Shown here: positions 1 to 9,609 of the stretch, piece after piece
Numbering within the stretch: position 1 is the first letter of the stretch
How the letters are laid out: each line of letters begins with the position of its first letter
Assembly: GCA_963731365.1 (NCBI GenBank)
Contig: CAVSUI010000003.1
Location: 1,116,054-1,180,053 of the forward strand
Length of the DNA: 64,000 nt
DNA from: an uncultured Gemmatimonadales bacterium
GTDB lineage: Bacteria; Gemmatimonadota; Gemmatimonadetes; Gemmatimonadales; Gemmatimonadaceae
Direction: 5' to 3'
Notes under the pieces: model-generated
The model's database searches: none
What the model saw: the letters and a program-made list of their open reading frames with translations, nothing else
Told to the model about the DNA's origin: nothing
Made by a program: the position numbers and the translations under genes

Positions 1-320
1 CGGCGCGATTCGAAATCCCGTAGGCGCGGCCCCTGCCGCGCCCGCCACGCGATGCGCGCTCCAACACCGGCACGTCGTCGTAGCCGGCCCGCTCGGTGTC
101 GTTGATCCACCGGTATGTTGGGCCGACGCGGTTCGCACGGTGCCGGTTCGCTCGACCGACGCCGATCCGAGTGGCGTCGGTGATCGATCGGGAAATGCGA
201 AGGACGCAGAGTGCGCACCTACGACGGCGGTCGTACGGCGCTGCGGAAATGCCGATGGACGGGCGCGGCGGGGCCGCGCCGTGACGGGGCCGTCGTCGCG
301 GCGCGTGGGGTGTGGCGAGG

Positions 321-878
321 CTATGCCGCGTCGATCTCCTTCGCGGCGCGCTCGAGGATCTCTGCGATCTTGCGCAGCTGCACCGCGTCGCGCTTCTGCG
401 TCGTAGCGTAGACCGCGCGCCCGACGTCCTTCATCGCACGATGAACCTGCATCATCGGCTCACCGAAGATGCTCTGCGCGAATTCGCTCATGCGCGAAAG
501 GATGTCGTCCACCGCGGAACGGTTCTGCTCGAGGTACTTGCGCCCTTCCTCGGTGATCTCGTAGACCTTCTTGCCGTTCTCTTCGGGCGAGACCTTCGCG
601 TAGCCCATGTCCTCGAGCATGGTCAGCGTCGGGTACACAGTTCCGGGGCTCGGGGAATAGGCTCCGCCGAACCGCTCCTCGATCGCCTTGATGATCTCAT
701 AGCCATGCCGCGGCTTCTCGGCCAGCAGCTGCAGGATCACGTACTTCAGGTCTCCCTGCTCGAACACTCTGCCGGCGCGGCCGCCACCGCCGCCGCGCGT
801 GCGCCACGGCGCGCCGCCGAACCCGAACGGGCCATTTCCCTCGAAGCCCCAGCCGCGATTCCACATCGCACGCCGCAT
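321..878 (-). CDS. PadR family transcriptional regulator
   Basis: C-terminal 185 aa of ORF 321..1667(-). Winged-helix PadR signature LKYVILQLLAEKPRHGYEIIKAIEE...GTVYPTLTMLEDMGY...VYEITEEGR. ATG at 876-878 (MRRAMW) was chosen. The rest of the long ORF is Arg-rich antisense of mrp. The start is uncertain by about 40 nt. Confidence 0.8.
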   Translation of the reverse strand: MRRAMWNRGWGFEGNGPFGFGGAPWRTRGGGGGRAGRVFEQGDLKYVILQLLAEKPRHGYEIIKAIEERFGGAYSPSPGTVYPTLTMLEDMGYAKVSPEENGKKVYEITEEGRKYLEQNRSAVDDILSRMSEFAQSIFGEPMMQVHRAMKDVGRAVYATTQKRDAVQLRKIAEILERAAKEIDAA

Positions 879-931
879 CCCGTCACCCCAGCATCCTTCA
901 CCAAGCATACCGACCTCCGAAGATATAGCAT

Positions 932-951
932 GATATATCGGCCGATATATC
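932..951. promoter_or_regulatory. 20-bp perfect palindrome GATATATCGGCCGATATATC in the padR/mrp divergent intergenic region (putative PadR operator)
   Basis: Read directly: the sequence equals its own reverse complement. It is flanked by further GATAT(A/T) half-sites at about 922 and about 963. This is an AT-rich island in a GC-rich genome, lying between divergent starts at 878(-) and 1032(+). Confidence 0.5.
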
Positions 952-1031
952 GCTACCCCGAAGATATTCGCCTCGGCCCCATGGTCAAGGGCCAGCCCCG
1001 ACCCCGATGCCGCGCCGCTTATCTTGTCTCC

Positions 1032-1889
1032 ATGCCAGAGACAACCAATCCGGGGCGCGCGCTCCCGGTCATGAATCAGCAGCCGACGCCGAAAGCGGTT
1101 CCGGCGCCGACGCCCGTAGCGTTTCCCGACCTCGGCAAGATCATCGCGGTCTCGAGCGGGAAGGGCGGGGTCGGTAAGTCCACGGTCGCCGTGAACCTCG
1201 CGGTCGCACTCGCCGCCGCGGGTGCTCGCGTCGGGATAATGGATGCCGACATCTACGGCCCCAACGTCCCCCGGATGCTCGGCCTCGACGGCGCGCCGCG
1301 CGTGGACAACGAGGATCGCATAATCCCGCACCAGGCCTACGGTGTGCGCGTCGTCTCGCTGGGCTTCCTCGTGCCAGCTGATCAGCCGGCCATCTGGCGC
1401 GGGCCGATCATCATGAAGGTCATCACGCAGTTCCTCCGCGACGTCGCGTGGGGACATCTCGACTATCTGATCGTCGACATGCCGCCCGGGACGGGCGACG
1501 CGCAACTCTCGCTGGTCCAGGCGACCCAGGTCCACGGCGCGGTGATAGTCACGACGCCGCAGGACGTGGCTACCGGCGATGCGCTCCGCGGCGCCAAGAT
1601 GTTCGAGCGCGTCGGCGTGCCAGTGCTCGGTGTGGTCGAGAACATGTCGTACTTCGAGTGCCCGCACTGCGGCAAGCCGACTGCGCTCTTCGGCTCCGGC
1701 GGAGGACGCAAGCTCGCCGACCAGCTCGGCATCCCTCTGCTGGCGGAGATCCCGCTCTATCCGCAGGTCATGACTGGCGGCGATCGCGGCAAGCCGATCG
1801 TGATCGCCGAGCCCTCGTCCGGCGCTGGCCGTGCGCTAACCGAGCTGAGTGGAAGGCTGCGCGCCGCCCTCGTGGGTGGCGACGCGTGA
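1032..1889 (+). CDS. mrp: Mrp/NBP35 (ApbC) family Fe-S cluster carrier ATPase
   Basis: Deviant Walker A KIIAVSSGKGGVGKSTVAVNLA, then DADIYGPNVPRMLG and the CPHCG motif in ORF 312..1889. ATG at 1032 (MPETT). Alternative starts are at 981 and 1071. Confidence 0.9.
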   Translation: MPETTNPGRALPVMNQQPTPKAVPAPTPVAFPDLGKIIAVSSGKGGVGKSTVAVNLAVALAAAGARVGIMDADIYGPNVPRMLGLDGAPRVDNEDRIIPHQAYGVRVVSLGFLVPADQPAIWRGPIIMKVITQFLRDVAWGHLDYLIVDMPPGTGDAQLSLVQATQVHGAVIVTTPQDVATGDALRGAKMFERVGVPVLGVVENMSYFECPHCGKPTALFGSGGGRKLADQLGIPLLAEIPLYPQVMTGGDRGKPIVIAEPSSGAGRALTELSGRLRAALVGGDA

Positions 1890-2784
1890 CTCGAGCCCCG
1901 AAGTAGCAGAAAGCCCCTGCGACTTGAGCGCCGCGGTTCCGGTCCCGCGGCGCAGCTCGGAGTTGAGCTCGCCTCCGGCCAGCACGGTGAACACCGACCA
2001 GTACATCCACGTGAGCAGGATGATCACCGCGCCCACGGTGCCGTACGTCTTGTTGTACGAGCTGTAGTTGGTCACGTACAGGCGGAAGAGCGTCGTGAGG
2101 ATCATCCACAGCGCAGCCGCGAACACCGCGCCCACGAGACTCTGCAGCTTGTTCTGCTTCTTGACGTCGGGGAGGACCATGTACATGGTCCAGATCGAGC
2201 CGGTGAGCAGCACGAAGGCGAGCACATACTGCACGATCCCCGTGCCAACGATCCCGACCTCGCCGAGACCTAGTGCGCGCGCGACGGAGTCGAGTAGCTG
2301 CTCGCCTCCCATGAAGAGCAGGGTGGCGAGACTCATCCCGATCACGGATCCGATCATCACCGCCATGGCGATGAGCTCCTGCTTCCACCACGGCCGCGTG
2401 TCGTGGACCTCGTAGGCGGCGTTGAGCGCCGTCATGAGAGTCGTGAACATCGTCGTTCCGGCGTACAGCGCGAGAATGGCGCCGGTGGACATTATACCGG
2501 GCGCACTCTTGGCGAAGATCACGTCGGTGAGCACTCCACGCACGCAGCGTTAGTGCATCGGGCGGGAGCCACTGCGCGGCGTGATTGAGCAGAACGTCGA
2601 GTAGCTGGCGTTTGTTGCCGAACGTGCTGAGCACGGGCGCGGCGAAGAGGAAGGTCGGAAAGATCCCGAAGAAGAGCGAGTACGCGGACGCTGCGCTCAT
2701 GCCGAGGATGTTGTCAGCGAGGATCTCGCTCAGCACCTTCTTCGCGAGGACTGCGACGTCGCGGCCGCCGATGACGAGCTTCAT
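1836..2784 (-). CDS. YihY/BrkB family membrane protein (reading frame interrupted near 2548 as sequenced)
   Basis: The N-terminal part (MKLVIGGRD...SAASAYSLFFGIFPTFLF) is in the ORF 1768..2784 frame. The C-terminal multi-TM part (VRGVLTDVIFAKSAPG...LTWMYWSVFTVLAGGELN) is in the ORF 1836..2543 frame. The two are collinear with a 1-nt shift. Confidence 0.7.
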
Positions 2785-2887
2785 TCGAAATTGGGAGGGC
2801 TGGAGTCGCGACTCTTCCGGCGATGCTGTGCAGCGATGTGGTCATCTCTGCTTGCTTCGACATCAGGTGCCGGTCAACTTTCGTTCC

Positions 2888-3639
2888 ATGACAGCGCACG
2901 ACACCGAACGCGCGACCGCCGACGCAGCCGCGGCCGGTGCCGCAGTGAAGCGGAGCTATGTCAAACAGATGTTCAGCGACATAGCGCCGACTTACGATCG
3001 GGTCAATCGGATCATCAGCTTCCGGTTGGACCAGATATGGCGCAGAGCCGCGATCAAGCAGCTCAACGTCGCGCGAAAACCAGCAGGGACCTACCTCGAC
3101 CTGTGCGCTGGGACGATGGACATCGCGGCGCAGATCGAGCGGCTTCCGGGGTTCACCGGCTCGGTGATCGCCGCTGATTTCGCTGAGCCGATGCTGCGTC
3201 ATGGCATGAAGAAGGTGTCCGCCGGGCGTGTGGCGCCGGTCACCGCCGATGCTCTAGCGCTCCCGTTCAGGAGCCGATTCGCCGACGGGGCGATAGTCGT
3301 TTTCGGCATCAGAAACGTCGTCGACCTGGATACGGCGCTGCGCGAGGTGTTCCGCGTCCTCACCCCTGGCTCGCGTTTCGTGATTCTGGAGTTCGGCGTT
3401 ACTCAGAACCCGCTCGTAGGCTGGCTTTACAGGCTCTACTTCGACAACCTCTGCCCGCTCATCGGCAACGCCGTGGCGCATCATGGTTCCGCGTACAACT
3501 ACCTTCCGAAATCGGTCGCCAACTTTCCGCGCGAGGCAGGAGCTCGCGCGCCGCATGAGCGACGCTGGCTTCACGATCAGTGCGTTGGCAGTCGTACACA
3601 TTCGGTGTCGTCGCGCTTCACGTTGGTGAGAAGGCGTAA
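2888..3639 (+). CDS. ubiE: Demethylmenaquinone/ubiquinone C-methyltransferase UbiE/MenG (two frame changes near the 3' end)
   Basis: KRSYVKQMFSDIAPTYDRVNRIISFRLDQIWRR and the SAM motif YLDLCAGTMDIA. The canonical tail QELARRMSDAGF then RSVRWQSYTFGVVALHVGEKA* is recovered only by shifting frame at about 3533 and about 3580. TAA at 3637-3639. Confidence 0.85.
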
Positions 3640-3642
3640 GCG

Positions 3643-5115
3643 ATGAGCCTCGACAATCTCCGACAGTTCGTCGCCGCGCTCGATGCTGCAGGCGAAGTCG
3701 TGAGGATCACTCACCCGGTGCGCGCGCGACTCGAGCTGTGCGAGATATCCGATCGTGTGATGAAGCAACCGGGCGGCGGCAAGGCGCTCCTCTTCGAGAA
3801 CGTCGTCCTCGACGACGGCACACGCTCGCGCTATCCCGTTGCGATCAACCTCTTCGGATCGATGCGCCGCATGGCGCTCGCTCTTGGCGCGACGAACCTC
3901 GACGACATCGGTGAGCGAATCACGCGTCTGATGGATCTCAAGGTGCCCGAAGGGCTGGCGGGCAAGCTACAGCTTCTTCCGCGCCTGATGGAGGTCGCGA
4001 AGTTTCCGCCGCGAATGCGAAGCGGCGACGTACCGTCGCAGGCGGTGGTGAAACGGGGCGGGGAGGTCGATCTTCGCGAGCTACCGATCATCACCTGCTG
4101 GCCGGAAGATGGCGGTCCGTACATCACGCTCCCGATGGTGATCTCCAAGGACCCCAAGCGCGGCATCCGCAACGTCGGGATGTACCGCGTTCAGTACGAA
4201 TCGCCGACGACGCTCAAGATGCACTGGCAGCGCCACAAGGTCGGCGCCGCGCACTGGCGCGAGATGGCGGAGCGCGGCGAGCGAATGCCGGTGTGCATAG
4301 CGATAGGCGCTGATCCTGCATCGATCTATGCGGCGTCGGCGCCGCTGCCTCCAGCGGTCGACGAATTCATCTTCGCGGGATTCCTGCGCAAGGCGCCGGT
4401 GACGCTCGCCAAGGCGCTCACGTGCGACCTGGAAGTACCCGCGGAGGCGGACTTCGTGATCGAAGGATACATCGATCCGGGCGAAGATCTCGTGATCGAG
4501 GGACCTTTCGGCGATCACACCGGCTTCTACAGCGAGGCGGATTACTATCCGCGCGTTCACGTGACCGCCATCACCAGCCGTCGTGACGCGATCTACTCGA
4601 CGACGATAGTGGGCGTGCCTCCGATGGAAGACTATTACCTCGGTCACGCGACAGAGCGAATCTTCCTGCCGCTCCTCAAGCTCACCGTCCCCGAGATCGT
4701 GGATTACCACATGCCCGCCGAGGGAGTGTTCCACAACCTGGTGTTCGTCTCGATCGACAAGCAGTATCCGGGACAGGCGTACAAGGTGATGAACGCGCTG
4801 TGGGGGCAGGGGTTGATGTCGCTCGCGAAGGTGATCGTGGTGCTCGACAAGGACGTGAACGTTGGCGATCCGTTCGAGGCGTGGTGGGTCACGCTCAACA
4901 ACATCGACCCGCAGCGCGACACTCACTTCACGATGGGGCCCGTGGACGTGCTCGATCATTCGAGTCGGGCGTTCACCTACGGATCGAAGATGGGAATCGA
5001 CGCGACGCGGAAGTTTCCGGAAGAAGGCTTCACGCGCAACTGGCCTCGCCTGATCGAGATGGATGCTGCAACCAAGGCATCGGTGGACGCGATGTGGAGC
5101 GAGCTCGGCTTATGA
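3643..5115 (+). CDS. ubiD: UbiD family (prenyl-FMN dependent) decarboxylase, MqnL/UbiD-like
   Basis: Intact 490-aa ORF. UbiD-type N-terminus LRQFVAALDAAGEVVRITHPV, then GGPYITLPMVISKDP..GIRNVGMYR and FGDHTGFY. Confidence 0.9.
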   Translation: MSLDNLRQFVAALDAAGEVVRITHPVRARLELCEISDRVMKQPGGGKALLFENVVLDDGTRSRYPVAINLFGSMRRMALALGATNLDDIGERITRLMDLKVPEGLAGKLQLLPRLMEVAKFPPRMRSGDVPSQAVVKRGGEVDLRELPIITCWPEDGGPYITLPMVISKDPKRGIRNVGMYRVQYESPTTLKMHWQRHKVGAAHWREMAERGERMPVCIAIGADPASIYAASAPLPPAVDEFIFAGFLRKAPVTLAKALTCDLEVPAEADFVIEGYIDPGEDLVIEGPFGDHTGFYSEADYYPRVHVTAITSRRDAIYSTTIVGVPPMEDYYLGHATERIFLPLLKLTVPEIVDYHMPAEGVFHNLVFVSIDKQYPGQAYKVMNALWGQGLMSLAKVIVVLDKDVNVGDPFEAWWVTLNNIDPQRDTHFTMGPVDVLDHSSRAFTYGSKMGIDATRKFPEEGFTRNWPRLIEMDAATKASVDAMWSELGL

Positions 5116-6008
5116 CGGTGCGTGAAGGTCAGACATTTACCGGCGTGTCGCGCGCTGTACGCTACGCGAACCTGGTGAAGCTTCCACACACGCTCTTCGC
5201 GCTCCCATTCGCGCTCGTCGGAGTCGTGCTCGCGAGCTACGTCGCGCGCGTGACGGTTGCGGAAGTGGGGTGGGTGATACTCGCTTTCACCGCCGCGCGC
5301 TTCGCGGCGATGGGCTTCAATCGCATCGCCGACCGCGAGATCGATGCGCGCAATCCTCGCACGCGAATGCGCGAGATTCCGTCCGGCTCACTCGCGGTAG
5401 TCGAGGCCTGCGTCGCTGTCGCCGTCGCGTGCGTGATCTTTCTCCTCGCTGCCTGGTCGCTCAACCGAGTGTGTCTGGAGCTCGCACCGGTGGCGCTCGC
5501 GTGGGTCTTCTTCTACAGCTACACCAAGCGCTTCACTCGATGGTCGCACCTCGTGCTGGGCCTCGGCCTCTCGATCGCGCCCGTCGGCGGCTATCTAGCC
5601 GTCACCGGAGCGTGGAGCGATCCGTGGTGGATGCTCTGTCTGCTCGCGATCGCGGTGGCGACGTGGGTCGGCGGCTTCGACATTCTCTACGCGATGCAGG
5701 ACGTGGAGTTCGACCGCGCCAATGCGCTGCACTCGATCCCGGTGAAGGCAGGCGAGAGATCCGCACTGCAGATCGCGCGCGTGCTTCATGCGATCACTGT
5801 GCTGTGCCTCGCAGCGGTGGGAATCGCTGTGCACGCTGGAATCATCTACGCGATAGGCGTCGCTGTAGCCGCGGCCCTCCTGCTCTATGAGCACAGTCTC
5901 GTTCGGCCCGGCGACCTCACGCGTCTCGATGCGGCGTTCTTCACCATGAACGGGATAATCAGCATCGTCTATTTCGGCTTCGTGTTCGCCGAGCGCGTGG
6001 TGAGATGA
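5112..6008 (+). CDS. ubiA: UbiA family aromatic prenyltransferase (4-hydroxybenzoate/MqnP-like)
   Basis: ATG at 5112 overlaps the ubiD stop (ATGA). Multi-TM protein with the NRIADREIDARNPRT (NxxxDxxxD) motif and a second Asp-rich motif DILYAMQDVEFD. Confidence 0.9.
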   Translation: MTVREGQTFTGVSRAVRYANLVKLPHTLFALPFALVGVVLASYVARVTVAEVGWVILAFTAARFAAMGFNRIADREIDARNPRTRMREIPSGSLAVVEACVAVAVACVIFLLAAWSLNRVCLELAPVALAWVFFYSYTKRFTRWSHLVLGLGLSIAPVGGYLAVTGAWSDPWWMLCLLAIAVATWVGGFDILYAMQDVEFDRANALHSIPVKAGERSALQIARVLHAITVLCLAAVGIAVHAGIIYAIGVAVAAALLLYEHSLVRPGDLTRLDAAFFTMNGIISIVYFGFVFAERVVR

Positions 6009-6032
6009 GCGTGTCAACATGAGCGTGTCGAG

Positions 6033-6647
6033 ATGAGCCACGATCAAGGACCTATAGTCTTCGCGATCACGGGCGCCTCGGGCGCGCCTTACGCAGCGCG
6101 TCTGCTCGAGCAGCTGGTCGCCGCGGAGCGCAGCGTGTCGCTGATTGTGTCGTCGCACGGACGCAGGCTTCTCGCCACCGAGACGGATTTCGGAAGTCTC
6201 GAGGATCTGCGTGACAGCATCGGTGCGGCCCGGTGGGACGCGCACGTGACTACGTTCGACGACTCGGACCGCGGAGCCGCGCCCGCGTCGGGCTCTGCGC
6301 GCAGCGCTGGGATGGTAGTGTGTCCATGCTCGATGGGCACCCTGAGCGCGATCGCAGTCGGCGCATCGCGATCGCTCATCGAGCGCGCGGCCGACGTGAC
6401 GCTCAAGGAGCGACGCAAGCTGATTCTCGTTCCGCGCGAGTCGCCGCTGTCGAGCATTCATCTCGAGAACATGCTCAAGTTGAGCCGCGAGGGCGTCGTG
6501 ATTCTCCCCGCTTCGCCAGGCTTCTACCACCGCCCCAGCAGCGTCGCCGAGCTGGTCGACTTCGTCGTGGCGCGCATCCTGGACCAGCTCGGCGTCGAGC
6601 AGCGACTTACGAGGCGGTGGGGCTCGGACGGCCAAGCCGCCGACTAG
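6033..6647 (+). CDS. ubiX: UbiX flavin prenyltransferase
   Basis: Intact 204 aa. IVFAITGASGAPYAARLLEQL, MVVCPCSMGTLSAIAVG, KLILVPRESPLS. Confidence 0.9.
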   Translation: MSHDQGPIVFAITGASGAPYAARLLEQLVAAERSVSLIVSSHGRRLLATETDFGSLEDLRDSIGAARWDAHVTTFDDSDRGAAPASGSARSAGMVVCPCSMGTLSAIAVGASRSLIERAADVTLKERRKLILVPRESPLSSIHLENMLKLSREGVVILPASPGFYHRPSSVAELVDFVVARILDQLGVEQRLTRRWGSDGQAAD

Positions 6648-6651
6648 CTGA

Positions 6652-7096
6652 TCAGACTCCGAACTGCCGCAAGTGGTGGTCGAAGTGCTTGTACCCGAGC
6701 GCACCCCACGCTCGGTGTGACAGTCGCCCGAGGATCGGGTGCGTGTGGCCACGCCGCATCGGCCGGGCGCGCCGCCGCGTCCTGCATGAGCGCGACGAGT
6801 GCGCGCTTGTCGCCGTCGAAGTCTCCGGACGGGTCGGCGATGAGCTCGGGAGCGGTTGCCGCGTTCCTGGGGAACGGGAACGCGTAGACGATGAGCTGGT
6901 TGAGCGGGGGGTAGCTGATTGGCAGCGTGCGCGTGCGCACGCGGAGATCTCCCGTGGCCATGCGCACCGCGGCGGCGCAGTGCGCGACCATGAGCGGGGC
7001 GCTCATGCGTCCCCATCGCGGCACGGCTTCCTCGCGCAAGCTCCCTAGCCGTGCGACCAGCTCCGCGCGGTCAGTATCGCTCCACAGCGATCTCAC
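6652..7096 (-). CDS. DUF1569 (DinB-like) family protein (frame interrupted near 6755)
   Basis: RSLWSDTDRAELVARLGSLREEAVPRWGRMSAPLMVAHCAAAVRMA is in the ORF 6644..7456 frame. The family-typical tail HPILGRLSHRAWGALGYKHFDHHLRQFGV* is in a +1 frame ending at 6652. The GTG start at 7096 is inferred. Confidence 0.6.
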
Positions 7097-7211
7097 GCCG
7101 CGTCGCCCAGGGCACGATGGATGCGAGGCATACGGTGTGAAAGTAATCCGTCCACCGATCAGAGGATTCGATGACCGACAAGAACCAGAAGAGCACGGGG
7201 AAGAGCGGAGC

Positions 7212-7649
7212 ATGAGCGGTTCGAAAGCGGGTGGCAACAAGGGGAGCGGCCGCGAGTCGGCGCACGAAGAGCGCGTGGAGCGGTTCGGTGACAAGGAGAT
7301 CGGGAGCGGGATGACATCGCCCGACTCGACCGAGGCGGTGCTGGACTCGAAGACGGGAAACCCGGACCCTCGCGCGACCAACGGCGGAGCGGTAGTCCGC
7401 GGCGGGCGTGGCGATGCGCACTCGAGTGGCAACGCCGCGCCCGCTTGCCGTGTCAAATGCGCGAACTCACTCGCGAGCTCCGCAATGCACTCGAGCGGCT
7501 ACGTCACCGGTTGGGGCACGCTTGCCCTGATCAACGCTGGAATCGCGCAAGGCAAGAACCGTAGCGGGATGAACTGGTTCCTGCTCTCGCTCCTCTTCGG
7601 TCCCATCGCGACTCTCGTCCTGGTCGCGTTCGCTCCCAAGCAGCTGTGA
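7212..7649 (+). CDS. Hypothetical protein with a Gly/Lys-rich N-terminus and a C-terminal TM segment
   Basis: Part of ORF 6927..7649. The only convincing segment is GWGTLALINAGIAQGKNRSGMNWFLLSLLFGPIATLVLVAF. Start and frame integrity are uncertain. Confidence 0.35.
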   Translation: MSGSKAGGNKGSGRESAHEERVERFGDKEIGSGMTSPDSTEAVLDSKTGNPDPRATNGGAVVRGGRGDAHSSGNAAPACRVKCANSLASSAMHSSGYVTGWGTLALINAGIAQGKNRSGMNWFLLSLLFGPIATLVLVAFAPKQL

Positions 7650-7662
7650 GGCGCCGCGCGGT

Positions 7663-8776
7663 CTACGCAGCCGCCTGAGGGCGTGCTGCGCGCTTCATCT
7701 CTTCCGGGAACCTCCGGAACCAGCTGGACAGGAGCAACAGCTCGTCGATCTCGTGCGTCGGGATCGCGGCGCCGGTAGGCGCGGATTCCCCGAAGATGTC
7801 CTCGGCGAGGCGCTTGAGCGCGCTGCGCTGGGCACGCGTGCGCGGCTTGTCCAGCTCTGCGCGCACGACGCCGCGGCGGATGACGTAGGTGCGGTCGGGG
7901 CCGCCGCTGCCCGGGACGTTGTAGACGAACGAGAGACTCTCGACCGCGAAGCGGAGCCGGTCGAACTGCTCGCGCAGCGCGTCCAGTCGCGAGAGCTTGT
8001 CGCGGAAGACACCCGCTCGCTCGAACTCGAGCGCCTCGCTCGCCGCTTCCATCTGTCGCCGCAGGATGTCCGCCGCGCCGTTGTCCGATCCGTCGAGAAA
8101 GGCGCGCGCCATCGCGACCTGCCGCGCGTACTCCGCGACGGTGCATGCGCCAGCGCACGGACCGAGACACTTCCTGATCTCGTGTCTGATGCATCCCGGA
8201 GTGCGTGGCGTGAGCTGGAACAGCTCGCGCTGGTCGGCGAAGTACACTGCCTGGTCGGCGCGGCAATCGCGCAAGCCGAGTGCGTCGCTCAGCTCCCGCA
8301 CCGCCTCGGCGATGCGGCGCGCTCCGACGAAGGGTCCGTAGTAGATGGACGCGTCGTCGGGGCCAGCGCCGCGCACCACGACGAGCTTGGGTGCGTGGCC
8401 ACGAGTGAGCTTCACGAACGAGTAGTGTCGCGCGTCGCGCTTCATGGCCACATTGAATCGAGGGCGATACTGCTTGATCAGTCGCAGCTCGCGCAGCAGC
8501 GCCGCGAACTCACTCGGCTCGTAATCCCACTCGATGCGCGTTGCGTCGCGCAGGATGCGCGCACCCTTCTCTTCGGGGTACGCTGCGCGGAAGTAGCTGA
8601 GCAATCGAGACCGGATCTGCTTCGACTTCCCGACGTAGACTATCTCGCCGTCGTCGCTGAGCATGCGGTACACACCGGGGAGGTTGCGTCGCGCTCTCGC
8701 GCACGATGGCGCGCATCGTCGCAAGCTGCTCGTCGCTAGTCGGCTCCTTGAAGGTGTACGCTCGTGCTCTAGCCAA
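7663..8776 (-). CDS. UvrC N-terminal-half homologue (Cho-like): GIY-YIG nuclease plus UVR domain (frame interrupted near 8690)
   Basis: GIY-YIG motif PGVYRMLSDDGEIVYVGKSKQIRSRLLSYF...RIEWDYEPSEFAALLRELRLIKQYRPRFN. UvrC Cys cluster CIRHEIRKCLGPCAGAC. UVR-like FERAGVFRDKLSRL. The N-terminal YTFKEPTSDEQLATMRAIVRE is in a neighbouring frame. The TTG start at 8776 is inferred. Confidence 0.7.
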
Positions 8777-8777
8777 G

Positions 8778-9609
8778 TCAGTGCTGGCAGTGGGTGCAGA
8801 GCACCGTCTGGCGTCCATCGATCGCGTGAGTGGCGACCATCTTCGCGCCGCAGCGGTTGCATCGCTCGCCGGCGCGGCCGTACGCGTCCAGATGCTTCAC
8901 GAACTCGCCCGGCTCACCACCAGCGTTTCGGTAGTCACGAATGCTCGAGCCGCCCGCCGCGATCGCCTCGCGCAGCACCGACACGATCTCATCGCGCAGT
9001 CGCGCCGCCTCGCTCGGCGTGACCTTGTCCGCGGCGCGCGACGGGTCGATCCCGGCGCGCCACAGCGCTTCGTTGGCGTAGATGTTCCCGACACCCACGA
9101 CCTTGTACTGATCCATGATGACCTTCTTCACCGGCTGCCGCGACGCCCGAAGAATACCCGATAGCGTCTCGCCCGTAAATCCCTCTTCGAGCGGCTCCTG
9201 GCCGAGCTGGCCGAAGTACTCTTCGAGCCGGTCGGCGCTCATCAGCGCGACCGTGCCGAGCCTCCTGACGTCGCGGTAGACGAGGACGAAGCCGCGGTCG
9301 AGGTCGAGCCGCACCGCGGTGTAAGTCCGATCGTAGTCAGTGAGCTCTGTTGCGAGCTTGACCAGAACGGCGCCCGTGAAGCGCGGCTGCACGACCAGCG
9401 AGTCGCCACTAGACAGCGTGATGACGATGTGCTTGGCGCGGCGGGCTGCGCCGAGGATCGGTAGTGCCGGTGACGCGACGCGTGAACTGTCGCGGCGTCG
9501 CCTCGCGCAGAACGTCCGGCCGCGGCACGCTCACACGCTCGACCGTCCGACCCGCGGCCGCGGCGTTCACGCCGCGCGCAATGGTCTCGACTTCGGGGAG
9601 CTCAGGCAT
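8778..9609 (-). CDS. mutM: Formamidopyrimidine-DNA glycosylase MutM/Fpg (frame interrupted near 9455)
   Basis: The N-terminal catalytic MPELPEVETIARG is in the ORF 9409..9645 frame. The remainder (H2TH GVGNIYANEALWRAGI and the zinc finger CNRCG...VLCTHCQ) is in ORF 8778..9392. The pieces are collinear after removing 1 nt. Confidence 0.85.

Noticed and set aside
1-320. A possible partial gene at the left edge. ORFs at 96..284(+) and 140..406(+), and a minus-strand frame reading ...GPTYRWINDTERAGYDDVPVLE.
   Set aside because: No frame gives a recognisable protein, and there is no credible start codon. A GC hairpin at about 262-281 may simply be the padR terminator region. I left this stretch unannotated.
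5595-7016. A long 473-aa minus-strand ORF. Similar long ORFs are 4081..4959(-), 17764..18750(-), 25747..26535(-), 47273..48199(-), 49501..50679(-) and 7499..8266(-).
   Set aside because: All are Arg/His/Gly-rich with no recognisable motifs. They lie antisense or out of frame to strongly conserved genes (ubiA/ubiX, ubiD, glmS, the outer-membrane barrel, dnaK, pit and the cho-like gene). They are typical stop-codon-poor shadow ORFs of a high-GC genome.
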